A stretch of DNA of 64,000 bases from a candidate division WOR-3 bacterium (GCA_965649205.1 CBFGJV010000001.1:32001-96000); one strand, 5' to 3'; positions 49,536-61,238 are shown, counted from the first letter of the stretch. Program-made: numbers and translations. Notes: generated by a model from the sequence alone, not told the origin.

Positions 49536-50132
49536 ATGGCGAAGGCGCGCGTCCGCATCTGGAGCGTCAGTTTCGGGTGGAAGCTGATAGTTATTCTTCT
49601 TGCCGCATCTTTGACCCAACAGGCCCGGGCCTGGACCTGCGGCAGCATCGTTGACGCCAGGTTGTTCTTTTCTGGCTATCGTTCTTTCACAGCTCTCAGA
49701 TACGGTTTTGGCGCAAAACCGCCGTGGGGGCTGGGAATTGGCGCTGCCTGGTATGAGTGTTTTGGCAACTACGGGCCTCCCTGGCAGATGCAGAATATTC
49801 CTCTTGTCAGCTCCTGGCTGAGATATGTTGGCTGCGTCCTGCCTCATGCCGGAGACGATGTGTCCGGCAATCTGCCTCTTACGCTGTATTATGTGCCCTT
49901 TGTAAGGAAAAACAGCAGAGGAATGGCGCAACTTGTAACTTATGCGTCGCTTACAGCCAACTATTGGTTGGCTGAGCCGGCTTACGCATATGCGAGTCTG
50001 GGCGCAGGCACAGAGCTAATCAGTTTGGAACTCGGCTGGTTGCGAACAGAATGGAAGGCGGAAGAAAATACGAAGCAGCAGATACAGTTCCGCGCGGGGT
50101 TGCATATAGGTGTAGGCTGGGTCTTCAGATGA
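49536..50132 (+). CDS. Hypothetical exported/outer-membrane protein
   Basis: Signal-like N-terminus, aromatic-rich beta strands, C-terminal GVGWVFR. Confidence 0.5.
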   Translation: MAKARVRIWSVSFGWKLIVILLAASLTQQARAWTCGSIVDARLFFSGYRSFTALRYGFGAKPPWGLGIGAAWYECFGNYGPPWQMQNIPLVSSWLRYVGCVLPHAGDDVSGNLPLTLYYVPFVRKNSRGMAQLVTYASLTANYWLAEPAYAYASLGAGTELISLELGWLRTEWKAEENTKQQIQFRAGLHIGVGWVFR

Positions 50133-50151
50133 GTTTTTCGTGTTGTAACGG

Positions 50152-51138
50152 ATGAAGTACAGAGCCAGATTCTGGAAACCGGAAGGGACAATGGTCCGCT
50201 GCGAGCTATGCCCGAACTTCTGTCTGATTGCCGAAGGTAAGCGCGGCCGTTGCCTCGGACGAATGAATGTCGGTGGCGAACTCTGGGCCGTAAACTACGG
50301 TGAGACTGTTGCCCTGCATATGGACCCCATAGAAAAGAAACCTCTGTACCATTTCCTGCCCGGTTCGGTTGTTCTTTCTGTGGCAACCTATGGCTGCAAT
50401 CTTCTTTGTCCATTCTGTCAGAACTGGGAGATATCCCAAAAGATAGCGCCTGCGAACTACATGGCACCAGAGGAACTCGTGGAAGCAGCGCTGGAGAACC
50501 GTTCTCCGGCTGTAGCCTTCACCTACACCGAGCCTTTGATATGGTTTGAGTACCTGATGGATGTCTGTCCCCTGTTACACCGGGCCGGCGTGAAGAATGT
50601 GCTGGTTACCAACGGTATGATAAACCCTGCTCCGCTAGATGAACTGCTGCCTCACATTGACGCTATGAATGTGGACCTCAAATCGATTCGACCCGAGTTC
50701 TACGCAACTTATGTCAAAGGGTCGCTTGCCGCGGTGCAGAATACCCTGCGTCGGGCGGCTAGACGGTGCCATTTGGAGATAACAAATCTGCTCATACCTG
50801 GTCGCAACGACACGGAAGCAGAACTTGCCGAACTGGTGGCGTTTGTAGAGAGCCTGGGCCGTACGGTTCCCCTGCATTTTTCCCGCTACTTTCCCAGACA
50901 CAAGTCGAATGAGCCGGCTACGCCTGAGAGCACCTTGTTGGCGGCGGCCGAACTGGCCAGAAGCAGACTGTACTATGTCTATCTGGGAAATGTGTCTACG
51001 CCAGCCCGCTTTCGTGATACCTTCTGTCCAAGCTGTGGTAATCTCCTTGTCGAACGCAGCCATTATCGGGGCAGTGTGAAGGGCATAGAGGGGGGCAAAT
51101 GTACTGTCTGCGACAGACCTGCCGATGTCGTGCTCTGA
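50152..51138 (+). CDS. amrS: AmmeMemoRadiSam system radical SAM enzyme
   Basis: CELCPNFC, DPIEKKPLYHF, GCNLLCPFCQNWEISQ, YTEP, LHFSRYFP. Confidence 0.92.
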   Translation: MKYRARFWKPEGTMVRCELCPNFCLIAEGKRGRCLGRMNVGGELWAVNYGETVALHMDPIEKKPLYHFLPGSVVLSVATYGCNLLCPFCQNWEISQKIAPANYMAPEELVEAALENRSPAVAFTYTEPLIWFEYLMDVCPLLHRAGVKNVLVTNGMINPAPLDELLPHIDAMNVDLKSIRPEFYATYVKGSLAAVQNTLRRAARRCHLEITNLLIPGRNDTEAELAELVAFVESLGRTVPLHFSRYFPRHKSNEPATPESTLLAAAELARSRLYYVYLGNVSTPARFRDTFCPSCGNLLVERSHYRGSVKGIEGGKCTVCDRPADVVL

Positions 51139-51202
51139 GAGAATATATCTGCGTAAGATTGGCTTGATTAGCACGAAAGCCATGTTATTATAGCGGCGCG
51201 AT

Positions 51203-51484
51203 ATGCGCGGGCGCTCACTGCGTGCGGGTGGCCGTTCTGTCGGCCTCTTGGTTCTGGCTGTGCTGATAGCCGGAATAAGCGGCAGTGTGGTTTCCTATCT
51301 TTTAGCCGGATTGTTTCCGTCTGGACCGGTGCGCGATTTCTTCTTCAAATCTCTTGATATAGGAATACCCGAATTCACCCTGGCCCTGGGATTTGCGCGC
51401 CTGACCTTGGGTTTCTCTTTTTCTGTTACTACGTTCGCTGTGATGCTTGTGGTTCTAGCTATTTATCTCTGGTATAAGTTCTAA
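51203..51484 (+). CDS. Small membrane protein (DUF4321-like)
   Basis: Two hydrophobic segments, TLALGFARLTLGFSF. Confidence 0.6.
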   Translation: MRGRSLRAGGRSVGLLVLAVLIAGISGSVVSYLLAGLFPSGPVRDFFFKSLDIGIPEFTLALGFARLTLGFSFSVTTFAVMLVVLAIYLWYKF

Positions 51485-51496
51485 AGACCTCTTAGG

Positions 51497-51533
51497 AAAA
51501 AAACGGGCGGCAGTGTTTGCCGCCCGTGGTTTT
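51497..51533. terminator. Bidirectional intrinsic terminator
   Basis: A7-CGGGCGGCA-gtgtt-TGCCGCCCGT-ggTTTT between convergent genes. Confidence 0.8.
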
Positions 51534-51545
51534 AGCTCGTCTGAT

Positions 51546-54500
51546 CTAACGTTGGACTACCAGTTTTTCTGCCAGAACTGAGCCACCCGTTTCCATTCTT
51601 ACCACATAGATGCCTGGAGTCAGAACCTCCGCACAGTTCCATACAGTTGCGTGCCTGCCGGGTGCAGTCGGACCGTCCAGCAAAGTACTTACCAGACGGC
51701 CGGCCCGGTCAAAAACCCTGATGCGCGTGCGGCCGGCTGCAGCTACCGTATAGTGGATGACGACTGCGTTCTGCGCTGGCTTGGGGTGTAGCCACAGTTG
51801 CGGTTCCAGCAATAGCTCAGATTCATTTGCGGCAATCTCTCCGTTTGCAGCCGACTGGCCGAGCTCTTCGGTCCAGGCCGGGTCGGCGGAAGGTTTGTAC
51901 TCCCAGAATTCGTTTGAGTAAGAGCCTTTTAGACAGTAGATAGTGGAATCGACGGCTACCATGCTCGAGCCGCGCTTAATCTTCCGTTGCGGACCAGAGT
52001 AGGCCAGAGGTATATCCGTAAGCGGCACCCAGGAGTCTCTGGCGCCAAACTTGTAACCCCAGAGTTCCTGAGTATTTCCTCCCTTAAGCACCACCAGCCG
52101 ACCATTAAGGTAGGCCATGGAGGCTCCGCTCTTTATACGTTTGCTGCGGGGACCGAGCAGACTGGCCTGATCAAGGGTGTCAACCCAGGTATTGGCCAGC
52201 GGCCAGTAGGCGAATATGTCAAGCGTGTTGGAACCCTTCATTACGTAGAGGAAACTGTCTCCGTCGAAAACCATATCAGAGCCGTAGCGGCACTTGGCAA
52301 AGGCGTTAGGCGGTGGCGAAGGAATATCCGCCGCAGCCGACCAGAGGTCTGTTCTTACATCATACCGGTACAAGTTGTTGCTGCCGTTTCCCGGTATGCA
52401 ATAGACGGTTCCTTCCTGGCCATGATTGGGCACAAAGGCGAGCGCCGCTCCTTTCTTGGGCGGACGATAACTCCAGAGCTGTCCCAGATAGACCGGATTT
52501 TTGCTTTCCCAGGTATCCTTGGCGATGTCATAGCGATAGAAGTCGGTGCGTCCTCCTCCCTTGATGGCCCAGAGGGAGCCGAGCGTGCCGTGCAGAGGGT
52601 CAAAAGTAAGGTCACAGCCATCCTTGGCGCGACCGCCGGAAGGGGCTAAGGGCATGGGAGCAAGCGCTTCCCATTTTCTTGTGGACAAATCATAGCTCCA
52701 CAGTTCGTTGGTGCCAGAACCCTTCATCGCATACAAACGTTTGGTGGTTGGAGCATAGGCGAGGGTGGCGTTCTTGATGCGGCGTCGGAACCATCCCGGA
52801 GGAATATCTTCCCGCTGGACCCACGGTGAGATAAAGAACACCGTGCTCAGCGCATCGTTGGAGTCGGCCACATCTCCCCGCATTTTTGTGGAACACACAG
52901 CTACATAAGTGCCGACCGAAAAATCATAAGGGGGAAAGGTAACAAGGGCGGAATCGCCGGGCTTCAGGCCGGGAATTTGAACCATAGCGTCGTAGGATCC
53001 GGTTGTGGGACGGATATGCAGGTAGGTTCTGATTGTATCCCTGATCGAGCCAAGATTGCGGATTTTCACTACCGGCGAGATACGGCCCGGAAATGCGAAA
53101 CGTTCCGGCACCGACAGCTCCGACACTGCCGCGTCCTTGTACAGTTTGCTCAACCTGATGGCCCGGCCCGCAGTAAGGCGGTTCGCCAGACCATGCACAG
53201 AACTGCTCAGGGGAGCGCGACCATAGAGGTAGTTTAGGCCGTCTGTACCGTCGGCGTTCTCCAGACCTACTGAGGCGTAGCGTCCGCCGTCAAAAAGCAG
53301 ATTGCCCGTCGTTACATCGGCATACTGGAACACGACAGCGCCATTTTCGTGCAAGGTCACCTCAAAACTGACGCGGTCGGAAGTGTTGGCGCCGGGCCGG
53401 ACACGCCAGGCATCCTGCCAGATAACGGTAAAAGTGCGGTTGGGGGGAAGTCCCTGGTTTTTGAAATACACCTTGCCGCCACCATACTGAGAGCCAAAAG
53501 CAAAGTTGTCCCACCAGGGATAGATGCAACGGTTCGGCAGGGCGGGATTGGGCAAGGCAGAAGGCACCGATTCGTTTGTGCCCTGGTCCGCGCCCAAGGC
53601 CAACCAGCCGTTGGTGCACACGTACACAAAGTTGTACGAAGTGTCGTAGTAAGGGAAATCGAAACCGATAGGCACAAAGATGCGGGCTTCGTCTCCTGAG
53701 GCAATGGCCACATAGGCTCCAGAGGTATCAATCCAGTTGAAGGTAGGACCGTCGGTGGTGTCTGAATCGATCCAGCCATAGCCAAGCCCGCTGGTGCCGG
53801 TGTGGGCGCCCTTGATTATGTCCACCGTGAACCGTTTATCGTTGTTCTGATAGACTGTGTCGGGCCTTATTACCGGCATCACGCGAGTCTGCACTATTAC
53901 CGAGCACCGTTCTGCGGCAGTAGGAACCCAGGGGCGAAAGCTGACTATCGTATCAGAAGAATTGGGCAAATTCTCTACCGCTACCGCATCGGCGTAGCGC
54001 AGGATACGCGGGGCACCGAAGATGGAGCAGGTAACGATGACATTCTGGGAGGTGCCCAGGGTGCTTATATTTTCTATCCGGGCGCGGGGGACAACAGGCC
54101 GGTCGAAGGGTCTCTGCACAAAGTCATACCAAGGTTCAGAGACATAAAGCGTACGGGCGTCAACCAGCGGGTCGCCCAGGGACTCATAATTCACACAAGC
54201 GCGGATCATGTAGTCGCCGGGCGGAGTATCGGCGAGCACGGTGCCGGCGCGATACTGCCATACTCGCGCCGGGTAGTTCAGGGTTTGGTCAATTCCCAGC
54301 TCCGGACACTCCGGCGGTTCGCCTACCTGCAGATAGAAAATGTAAAAGGTGCCGTCGGGAAAGGCCAGTGCCTCCCCGGTGTCTGCCAGGAATACCGAAT
54401 TCCATCCGTCGTATCCAGTGAGAACTGCAGTCTTAAAATAGGGCTGAGGTTCGGGTCGGCCGCCCGCGTCTCGGTATATGGCCAACTGATACCTGCGGTG

Positions 54501-55547
54501 TGCAGGGTCAGGCGGACACCTTAGGTATACGTGGGCCGATTCCAGATAGACTGCTTGACCGCCCGGCGTATTGAACTTCACTCCCCAGCCGTAGTGACCC
54601 ACTGGCCAGTCCAGATGCTGCGCAGCCAGGTCTGTGCAGTAAGATATTTTTTCCACGAAGCTCACGGTGAAATCTCTGCTGAGTGTGTCGTTAGCACGAT
54701 TGTCGTCGTTTGGGGCCCAGCACCAGAATTTTATATGGTAGTCGCCTGCAAACAGACTATAGGGCGGCTCAAAGAATATGGTGGTATCCGGTCCTCCCGC
54801 TCGCAAATAGGGGATAGTGACGTTCCAGGTGAAAAGCGGGTTCATGGATTCGTCATACAACTCGCAAGTCAGAGGAACATCGACCTGGTCTGTACGTCCC
54901 CAATTGGCAAAGCTTGCGGCAGGAATCAATTCACCCGGAAGTATTGTGGTACGAGGCGTAATGATGCTACAACAGGCCACATCGTAATTCGGAATCGGGT
55001 CTCCCTCCAAGCGCACGTCATCGATACACCACCACTTGATATTAGCCAGGTCTCCGGAGAAAACCCAGGCCAGAATTACCGATGGTTTGTTCTCGGCCGC
55101 GGGCAGGGAGAAAATCTCCTTTACCGAGTCAACATTACGGTCGTGATAGTTGGCCAAGGTGATGAAGCTTGCACCCCCGTCAACCGAATAGCACAGCACA
55201 GCCGTGTAGGGACGGGATAGCTGGCGGTTGAAGAAAGTGGTTACGCGCAACCTGATATTGCGGAAACCGGAACAGTTTATAGGTTCTGTCAGCAAACTGT
55301 CGGGTGTTGAGTCAGGGTACAAGTTCCAGAATATGGCGGCGTAGCGGGTAGGATTCGAAAGCCAAGGAGAAGAACCCGCCTCTTTACGGTGCCAGTCGTC
55401 TGATCCTTCTGCTGGTCCAGTATGGAAAATGCGCCACCCGGGAGGAGGAGAGCCGGTCGTCCAGTTGGAATTGAAATCCTGCGACATGATGACCGCTCCG
55501 AGAATTGTGCTGCTTAGAAAAGCCAAACAAATAAATACGCTACGCAT
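51546..55547 (-). CDS. Large secreted multidomain protein with CARDB-like domains, Kelch propeller and CTD
   Basis: Signal peptide; repeated KG(G/S)xTxE(L/F)W.Y Kelch units; C-terminal FDRAGRLV..PGIYVV..KLVV. Confidence 0.82.
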   Translation of the reverse strand: MRSVFICLAFLSSTILGAVIMSQDFNSNWTTGSPPPGWRIFHTGPAEGSDDWHRKEAGSSPWLSNPTRYAAIFWNLYPDSTPDSLLTEPINCSGFRNIRLRVTTFFNRQLSRPYTAVLCYSVDGGASFITLANYHDRNVDSVKEIFSLPAAENKPSVILAWVFSGDLANIKWWCIDDVRLEGDPIPNYDVACCSIITPRTTILPGELIPAASFANWGRTDQVDVPLTCELYDESMNPLFTWNVTIPYLRAGGPDTTIFFEPPYSLFAGDYHIKFWCWAPNDDNRANDTLSRDFTVSFVEKISYCTDLAAQHLDWPVGHYGWGVKFNTPGGQAVYLESAHVYLRCPPDPAHRRYQLAIYRDAGGRPEPQPYFKTAVLTGYDGWNSVFLADTGEALAFPDGTFYIFYLQVGEPPECPELGIDQTLNYPARVWQYRAGTVLADTPPGDYMIRACVNYESLGDPLVDARTLYVSEPWYDFVQRPFDRPVVPRARIENISTLGTSQNVIVTCSIFGAPRILRYADAVAVENLPNSSDTIVSFRPWVPTAAERCSVIVQTRVMPVIRPDTVYQNNDKRFTVDIIKGAHTGTSGLGYGWIDSDTTDGPTFNWIDTSGAYVAIASGDEARIFVPIGFDFPYYDTSYNFVYVCTNGWLALGADQGTNESVPSALPNPALPNRCIYPWWDNFAFGSQYGGGKVYFKNQGLPPNRTFTVIWQDAWRVRPGANTSDRVSFEVTLHENGAVVFQYADVTTGNLLFDGGRYASVGLENADGTDGLNYLYGRAPLSSSVHGLANRLTAGRAIRLSKLYKDAAVSELSVPERFAFPGRISPVVKIRNLGSIRDTIRTYLHIRPTTGSYDAMVQIPGLKPGDSALVTFPPYDFSVGTYVAVCSTKMRGDVADSNDALSTVFFISPWVQREDIPPGWFRRRIKNATLAYAPTTKRLYAMKGSGTNELWSYDLSTRKWEALAPMPLAPSGGRAKDGCDLTFDPLHGTLGSLWAIKGGGRTDFYRYDIAKDTWESKNPVYLGQLWSYRPPKKGAALAFVPNHGQEGTVYCIPGNGSNNLYRYDVRTDLWSAAADIPSPPPNAFAKCRYGSDMVFDGDSFLYVMKGSNTLDIFAYWPLANTWVDTLDQASLLGPRSKRIKSGASMAYLNGRLVVLKGGNTQELWGYKFGARDSWVPLTDIPLAYSGPQRKIKRGSSMVAVDSTIYCLKGSYSNEFWEYKPSADPAWTEELGQSAANGEIAANESELLLEPQLWLHPKPAQNAVVIHYTVAAAGRTRIRVFDRAGRLVSTLLDGPTAPGRHATVWNCAEVLTPGIYVVRMETGGSVLAEKLVVQR

Positions 55548-55808
55548 GCCATACTCCTTTCTTTGTATCAGACAGGGGTGTTATCATCAAAACCGGGCCG
55601 TCGCTCTGGTTTTTAGACAGAGAAGCGCCTTAGTAAAATTATAGAACGCGGCCTATCAGTGTCAACAATCGTCCCCCTGAACCGCACTACCTTGCGGGCG
55701 ATGTTAGTCGGGTTTGTTTTGTCGTCGACATTCGTGGTACGGTAATTTGGGTGGAAACAGGACAGTTCGTACAGAGAGCAGGCACAGACGCGAAGTCAGT
55801 CTGCACTT

Positions 55809-56057
55809 TTGCAGATAACGCCGAATCTCATTGCGAACGGTTTTGTCACGCTTAGGATGCAGGGTTTCAGGGGCGCCGGGGGTCAGGTGAAGGTGTATGA
55901 TGCAACAGGTCGGTGTGTACTGACTCGGCATCTGGCGGTTTACAACCGAGAGCCGGACATACCGCTCAACCTGTGGAAGTTGTCTGCGGGCCTGTACCTT
56001 GTGCAGCCGGACATTGCTGGTTTGACCGCTTCCCGAAGGCTGGTGGTGTATAAGTAG
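55809..56057 (+). pseudogene. Orphan T9SS-like C-terminal domain fragment
   Basis: PN..NGFVTL..VKVYDATGRCV..LSAGLYLV..RRLVV with no signal peptide or cargo upstream. Confidence 0.6.
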
Positions 56058-56168
56058 TTCGGAGAAGACAGAAACGGAAAACAGTAGCAGGCCTTTCTCG
56101 CGCGTTACTGCGCTGCACTGCGACGAGCACGAAGAAAGATTGGAGCTGCTTCGGGCGCAAAAAACGGC

Positions 56169-57539
56169 TTAGTCTGATCTGTCTTGTTTCTGCCTGCGTT
56201 TTCTGAGTTCTGCCTCAAAGCCGCGGTCGGTAGGGTGGTAGTACCTGCGACCTCTGAGGGGTTCAGGCATGTGTTCCTGCTCTACCTTAGCGTCCGGGAA
56301 GTCGTGGGCGTACTTGTAGCCTTTGCCGTACCCCAGACCTTTCATCAATTCAGTAGGCGCGTTACGCAGGTGCAGGGGCACAGGCAGGGTCTCGGTTTCC
56401 AAGGCGTCCCTTTCGGCGTTTTCATAGGCTACATAGAGTGCGTTTGACTTCGGGCAAAGAGCAAGGTACACGACTGCCTGAGCCAGAGCGGTGTTGCCTT
56501 CGGGCATTCCTATGAAATGCACTGCATCTTTAGCCGCATTGGCGATAAGTAGAGCGTTGGGCTGGGCCAGACCTATATCTTCAGACGCAAACCGCACCAG
56601 CCTGCGGGCGATGTATAAGGGGTCTTCGCCTGCCTCCAACATCCGGGCCAACCAATAAAGGGCCGCGTCCGGGTCTGAATCGCGCAGGGATTTGTGCAGG
56701 GCAGAAATGAGGTTGTAGTGCTGTTCGCCCGCCTTGTCGTAGAGCAGGAACTTGCGCTGGATGATGTCCTTTACCAGATTCAGGTCTATCGTTCGCTTAC
56801 CTTCATTATCGGGTTCGGCCGCAGTGACCGCCAGCTCTAGCGCGGTGAGCGCAGAACGGGCATCGCCCTGAGAAATCATCGCTATGTATTCCAGGGCATC
56901 TTCCGCCACTCTAGCCTTGAATGCGGTCAGACCATTTTCAGAGGCGAGCGCCCGGTTCATCAGCATTTTCAGGTGTTCGGGTCTGAGTTGCTCAAGGACA
57001 TATACGCGAGTGCGGGAAAGCAGGGGTGCTATGACTTCAAACGACGGGTTCTCGGTGGTAGCGCCGATGAGTACGATACGGCCGGATTCTACGTGAGGCA
57101 GGAAGGCGTCCTGCTGGGCTTTGTTGAAGCGGTGAATCTCGTCCACAAAAACAATAGTCTGTCTGCCATGATTTCGGCGTTCAAACTCGGCCCGTTTGAC
57201 CACTTCTCGTATGTCAGCCACACCAGAGGTTACGGCGGAGAACTGAATGAAGTAGGCTTTGGTGTAGCGGGCAATGGTCAGAGCAAGAGTAGTCTTGCCT
57301 GAGCCTGGAGGTCCCCAAAATAGCATGGAGTGGAGTTCGCCTTTTTCAATCATGCGGCGCAGGGGTCTGTCTTTGCCCAGGAGATGATCCTGGCCGATAA
57401 TCTCATCCAGCGTCTGCGGCCTCATTCTCTCCGCCAACGGAGTGGATAGGGGTCTATTGTCTAAAGTATGCTCCGAGGCAGAAGTGGCGGCGTCAGAAGC
57501 CGAGGACTGGTTTGTGGGAATGGAAGTTGGGTCGGACAC
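56169..57539 (-). CDS. rarA: Replication-associated recombination protein A
   Basis: [51 protein letters not shown]. Confidence 0.96.
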   Translation of the reverse strand: MSDPTSIPTNQSSASDAATSASEHTLDNRPLSTPLAERMRPQTLDEIIGQDHLLGKDRPLRRMIEKGELHSMLFWGPPGSGKTTLALTIARYTKAYFIQFSAVTSGVADIREVVKRAEFERRNHGRQTIVFVDEIHRFNKAQQDAFLPHVESGRIVLIGATTENPSFEVIAPLLSRTRVYVLEQLRPEHLKMLMNRALASENGLTAFKARVAEDALEYIAMISQGDARSALTALELAVTAAEPDNEGKRTIDLNLVKDIIQRKFLLYDKAGEQHYNLISALHKSLRDSDPDAALYWLARMLEAGEDPLYIARRLVRFASEDIGLAQPNALLIANAAKDAVHFIGMPEGNTALAQAVVYLALCPKSNALYVAYENAERDALETETLPVPLHLRNAPTELMKGLGYGKGYKYAHDFPDAKVEQEHMPEPLRGRRYYHPTDRGFEAELRKRRQKQDRSD

Positions 57540-57545
57540 AGGTCC

Positions 57546-57613
57546 ATTATAGGCCCAGAACCGCTGGGTTGCAACCGATGTTGCCTTGACACTCCTGACG
57601 GGAGCTATAGAAT
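57546..57613. promoter_or_regulatory. Back-to-back promoters for rarA and secA
   Basis: Minus: TTGCAA-17-TATAAT, 6 bp to GTG 57539. Plus: TTGACA-16-TAGAAT, 7 bp to ATG 57621. Confidence 0.75.
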
Positions 57614-57620
57614 CCCGCCG

Positions 57621-60600
57621 ATGCTGGAAACTCTTCTGGGCAGGATATTTGGCACAAAAAATGAGCGCGAGCTGAAGAAGTTATGGCAGCGGGTGGCAGA
57701 GATAAATGCCGTCTATGAAAAGTTGAGTTCTCTTTCTGCCGCCGATCTGCCCAAGAAGACAGAGGAATTCGTGGCTCGCGTGCGCGATGGCGAACCACTC
57801 GACGACATTCTTCCGGAAGCCTTTGCCTGTGTGAAGCTGGCCTGCAAGCTGCTTGTTGGCAAGCAGTGGCCTGTAGCGGATGTGATGCAGACCTGGAATA
57901 TGGTGCCATTTGACGTCCAGCTCATTGGAGGCATCGTGTTGCATCAGGGCAAGATTGCCGAGATGAGGACCGGCGAAGGCAAGACCCTGGTGGCCACGAT
58001 GCCCTTGTACCTGAACGCGTTGGAAAAGAAGGGGTGCCACCTGGTTACGGTGAACGATTATCTGGCAAGGCGCGACCGGGAATGGATGGGTCCGGTTTAT
58101 GAGTCTCTGGGGCTCACTGTTGGCGTCATTCAAATGGGTATGGAACCGGAAGAACGCAAACCGCAGTATATGGCTGACATCACCTACGGCACGAATAACG
58201 AATTCGGTTTCGACTACCTGCGGGATAATATGGTAGTACGGCTGCAGGATAAGGTGCAGCGTGGGCATCACTATGCCATAGTGGACGAGGTTGATTCCAT
58301 CCTGATAGATGAAGCGAGAACCCCGCTTATCATCTCCGGTCCAGTGGAGACTACGGATAAGGGCTATGACCGTCTCACGCCTATGGTGCGCAAGCTGTTC
58401 GGTCAGCAGTCCCTGCTTGTAAATCGTATTGTTGAGGAAGGTGAGAAACTCTGGGCCGAGGGCAAGGAAGCGGAGGCAGCGGTGAAGTTTCTGCAGGCCA
58501 GAAGAGGTGCTCCTAAGCATAAGCGGCTGGCCAAGGTAGAACGGCAGGAGGGCGTGAAGAAGCTGATAGACAAAACCGAACTTGATTTCATGCGGGAAAA
58601 GCGTCTACATGAACTGGATAGGGAACTATACTTTACCATAGACGAAAAAAGTCATGCTGTCGCCCTGACAGATAAGGGACGTCAGGCTTTGGCACCGGAC
58701 GACCCGGATATGTTTGTGACCCCCGACCTTTCGGAAGAGCTGGGACGGATTGATGCTGATCGGAACCTGACGCCAAAAGAGAAAGTATATGCGCGCGAGA
58801 AGGCGTATCAACGTTATGCCGAGAAGTCTGAAATGCTTTCCAACCTGCAGGCACTGCTCAAGGCTTTCTCCCTGTTCGAAAAGGACGTGGATTATGTGGT
58901 ACAGGATGGCAAGGTTATCATCGTGGACGAGTTCACGGGCAGGCTGATGCCCGGCCGCAGGTATTCAGACGGATTGCACGGCGCCCTGGAAGCCAAGGAA
59001 AATGTGCAGGTTCAGGGAGAAACTCAGACTTTTGCTACCATAACCTTGCAGAATTACTTTCGTATGTATAAGAAACTGGCGGGTATGACAGGGACAGCCG
59101 TTACTTCCGCCACCGAGTTCTATTCCACATACAAACTGGACGTGGTTTCCATACCTACCAATGAGCCGGTGAGGCGCATTGACTACCCGGATGTTGTGTA
59201 CAAGACTAAGAGGGCCAAATATGATGCGGTTATAGCTGAAATTGAGAAATGGCATAAGCTTGGCAGGCCGATTCTGGTTGGCACCACCTCGGTGGAAGTT
59301 TCGGAGGTCATCTCCCGTATGCTGAGGCGGGCAGGCATCAACCACCAAGTGTTGAACGCGAAGTATCACCAGCAGGAAGCAGAGATTATCGCCCGGGCCG
59401 GTCAGATGGGAGCCGTAACTATCGCCACGAATATGGCTGGTCGCGGTACCGACATCAAGCTGGGGCCCGGTGTGGTGAAGGGAGAGGGTTGTTATTTGGT
59501 GAAGCCAAGTGGTCGTCCCTGTCAGTACTGGGAAGAACAGCCCGGCCGGTGTAACCGCGAGGTGCCGTGCGGATTGTACATCATCGGTACAGAACGACAT
59601 GAGGCGAGAAGGATTGACGACCAGTTGCGGGGGAGAAGCGGAAGGCAGGGAGATCCGGGGTCTTCGCGCTTTTTCCTCTCGCTTGAGGATGACCTGATGC
59701 GTCTTTTCGGTTCAGAACGGGTGGCGGCAATAATGGACCGCTTCGGCGCCGCTGAGGACGAACCTATGGAACATCCGCTGGTTACCAAAGCTATTCAAAA
59801 TGCGCAGAAGCGGGTGGAAATGCGAAATGCAGAAATCAGACGCCATCTGCTGGAGTATGATGATGTTATGAACCGGCAGCGTGAGGTTGTTTACACTCTG
59901 CGCGATGCCATTATGGCCGCACCTGCTGGCGCGCCGGACTCAGAAGATAAACCCCGTTCTGCTCTAGATGGGACCGCTGCTTTGCAGGCGGAAGCAGCAA
60001 TAACACAGACCGATTCTGGCATGCAACCGGTTCGGGATTTAAAGTCAATTTATCAGGAAATGGCGGCAGGTCTGATAGACTCCCTGGTCAGAAAATACGC
60101 CTCGTCTCGCTACGCGGAGGACTGGGACTGGGATGGTATTGTTGGTGAATTCGGCCTGGTTTTTCTCGCTGACATACAACTTGCGCCCGAGCAGCGCAGG
60201 TTTCAGAAACAGGAAACCCTAACGCAGCTATTGACAGAGGTGGCTTTCCGTCGTTATGATGAGCGTCGGGAGGAGCTGGGGGAGGTGTTGTTTGCGGACC
60301 TGTGCCGTTATGTTTTCCTGCGCACGCTGGACGCGAAATGGCGGGAACACCTGTACGCGCTGGATATGGTGCGTGAAGGTATCGGGCTCCAGGCATACGG
60401 CCAGAAGGACCCGCTGGTTGAGTACAAACAGGAGTCCTTCCGGATGTTCGAGGAAATGATGGCCGAATTCCGCCAGGAAGCCCTATCCTTATTGTTCCGT
60501 GCTCAGGTGCAGGTGGCGGATAATGCACGACGGCAGTCGCCGCGTCGTGTTATACGTGCCTATAAACCTGCGACAGACGGAAAGAGCACTCAGGCGGCAG

Positions 60601-60707
60601 CACAACCTGCTCCGGTCCGTCGTACAGAGGCAAAGGTGGGACGGAACGACCCGTGTCCGTGCGGTTCGGGTAAGAAGTATAAGAAGTGTTGTGGACGACA
60701 AACTTAA
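57621..60707 (+). CDS. secA: Preprotein translocase ATPase SecA
   Basis: [68 protein letters not shown]. Confidence 0.98.
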   Translation: MLETLLGRIFGTKNERELKKLWQRVAEINAVYEKLSSLSAADLPKKTEEFVARVRDGEPLDDILPEAFACVKLACKLLVGKQWPVADVMQTWNMVPFDVQLIGGIVLHQGKIAEMRTGEGKTLVATMPLYLNALEKKGCHLVTVNDYLARRDREWMGPVYESLGLTVGVIQMGMEPEERKPQYMADITYGTNNEFGFDYLRDNMVVRLQDKVQRGHHYAIVDEVDSILIDEARTPLIISGPVETTDKGYDRLTPMVRKLFGQQSLLVNRIVEEGEKLWAEGKEAEAAVKFLQARRGAPKHKRLAKVERQEGVKKLIDKTELDFMREKRLHELDRELYFTIDEKSHAVALTDKGRQALAPDDPDMFVTPDLSEELGRIDADRNLTPKEKVYAREKAYQRYAEKSEMLSNLQALLKAFSLFEKDVDYVVQDGKVIIVDEFTGRLMPGRRYSDGLHGALEAKENVQVQGETQTFATITLQNYFRMYKKLAGMTGTAVTSATEFYSTYKLDVVSIPTNEPVRRIDYPDVVYKTKRAKYDAVIAEIEKWHKLGRPILVGTTSVEVSEVISRMLRRAGINHQVLNAKYHQQEAEIIARAGQMGAVTIATNMAGRGTDIKLGPGVVKGEGCYLVKPSGRPCQYWEEQPGRCNREVPCGLYIIGTERHEARRIDDQLRGRSGRQGDPGSSRFFLSLEDDLMRLFGSERVAAIMDRFGAAEDEPMEHPLVTKAIQNAQKRVEMRNAEIRRHLLEYDDVMNRQREVVYTLRDAIMAAPAGAPDSEDKPRSALDGTAALQAEAAITQTDSGMQPVRDLKSIYQEMAAGLIDSLVRKYASSRYAEDWDWDGIVGEFGLVFLADIQLAPEQRRFQKQETLTQLLTEVAFRRYDERREELGEVLFADLCRYVFLRTLDAKWREHLYALDMVREGIGLQAYGQKDPLVEYKQESFRMFEEMMAEFRQEALSLLFRAQVQVADNARRQSPRRVIRAYKPATDGKSTQAAAQPAPVRRTEAKVGRNDPCPCGSGKKYKKCCGRQT

Positions 60708-60798
60708 AGGAGTAAGCGTAAACGAGTATCGAATCTGACGAGAGGAACAAAGAAACGCCGACCCACATCGGGTGGCACTAACCAGTAGAGGAGGTACG

Positions 60799-61176
60799 AT
60801 GGCTCAAGGAAATAAGAGCCGGATAATAGTCTGGACGATAGTAGGTATCCTAGTAGTCGCCGCGGTTATCTTTCTGGTTGTAGCCCGTAGAGGGGCGACG
60901 GTGACCGCTCGGTTTGCCGCTGATGACGCTGCCAAGTACGTGGAAAGAACAACCAGGCGACTTGAGAAGATGGCCGCAGAGGCAACGGACTTCAGAGCTC
61001 AGTTTGGAACCGACCCAGCTTTTGCCCAGTTTGACAGTATTATGGAACTGGCCCGGGCCGGTTTGCAGGAAATGCAGAGCATAACTGACGAAAAGTTGTT
61101 GGAGGATAAGCGCAAGGAGATTGAAGGCTATCGTAATGCCCTACAGGACCTTCTGAGACCCTTCAAGAAAAAGTAG
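60799..61176 (+). CDS. Hypothetical membrane-anchored helical protein
   Basis: SD GAGGAGG; KSRIIVWTIVGILVV followed by amphipathic helices. Confidence 0.7.
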   Translation: MAQGNKSRIIVWTIVGILVVAAVIFLVVARRGATVTARFAADDAAKYVERTTRRLEKMAAEATDFRAQFGTDPAFAQFDSIMELARAGLQEMQSITDEKLLEDKRKEIEGYRNALQDLLRPFKKK

Positions 61177-61200
61177 TAGCTCGCGCAGCTTTGGCACGTC

Positions 61201-61238
61201 CTTGCGGCGGAAGTGATTGGCTTCCGCCGCAAGACTTT
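61201..61238 (+). terminator. Intrinsic terminator
   Basis: 13-bp stem CTTGCGGCGGAAG / CTTCCGCCGCAAG followed by ACTTT. Confidence 0.75.
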
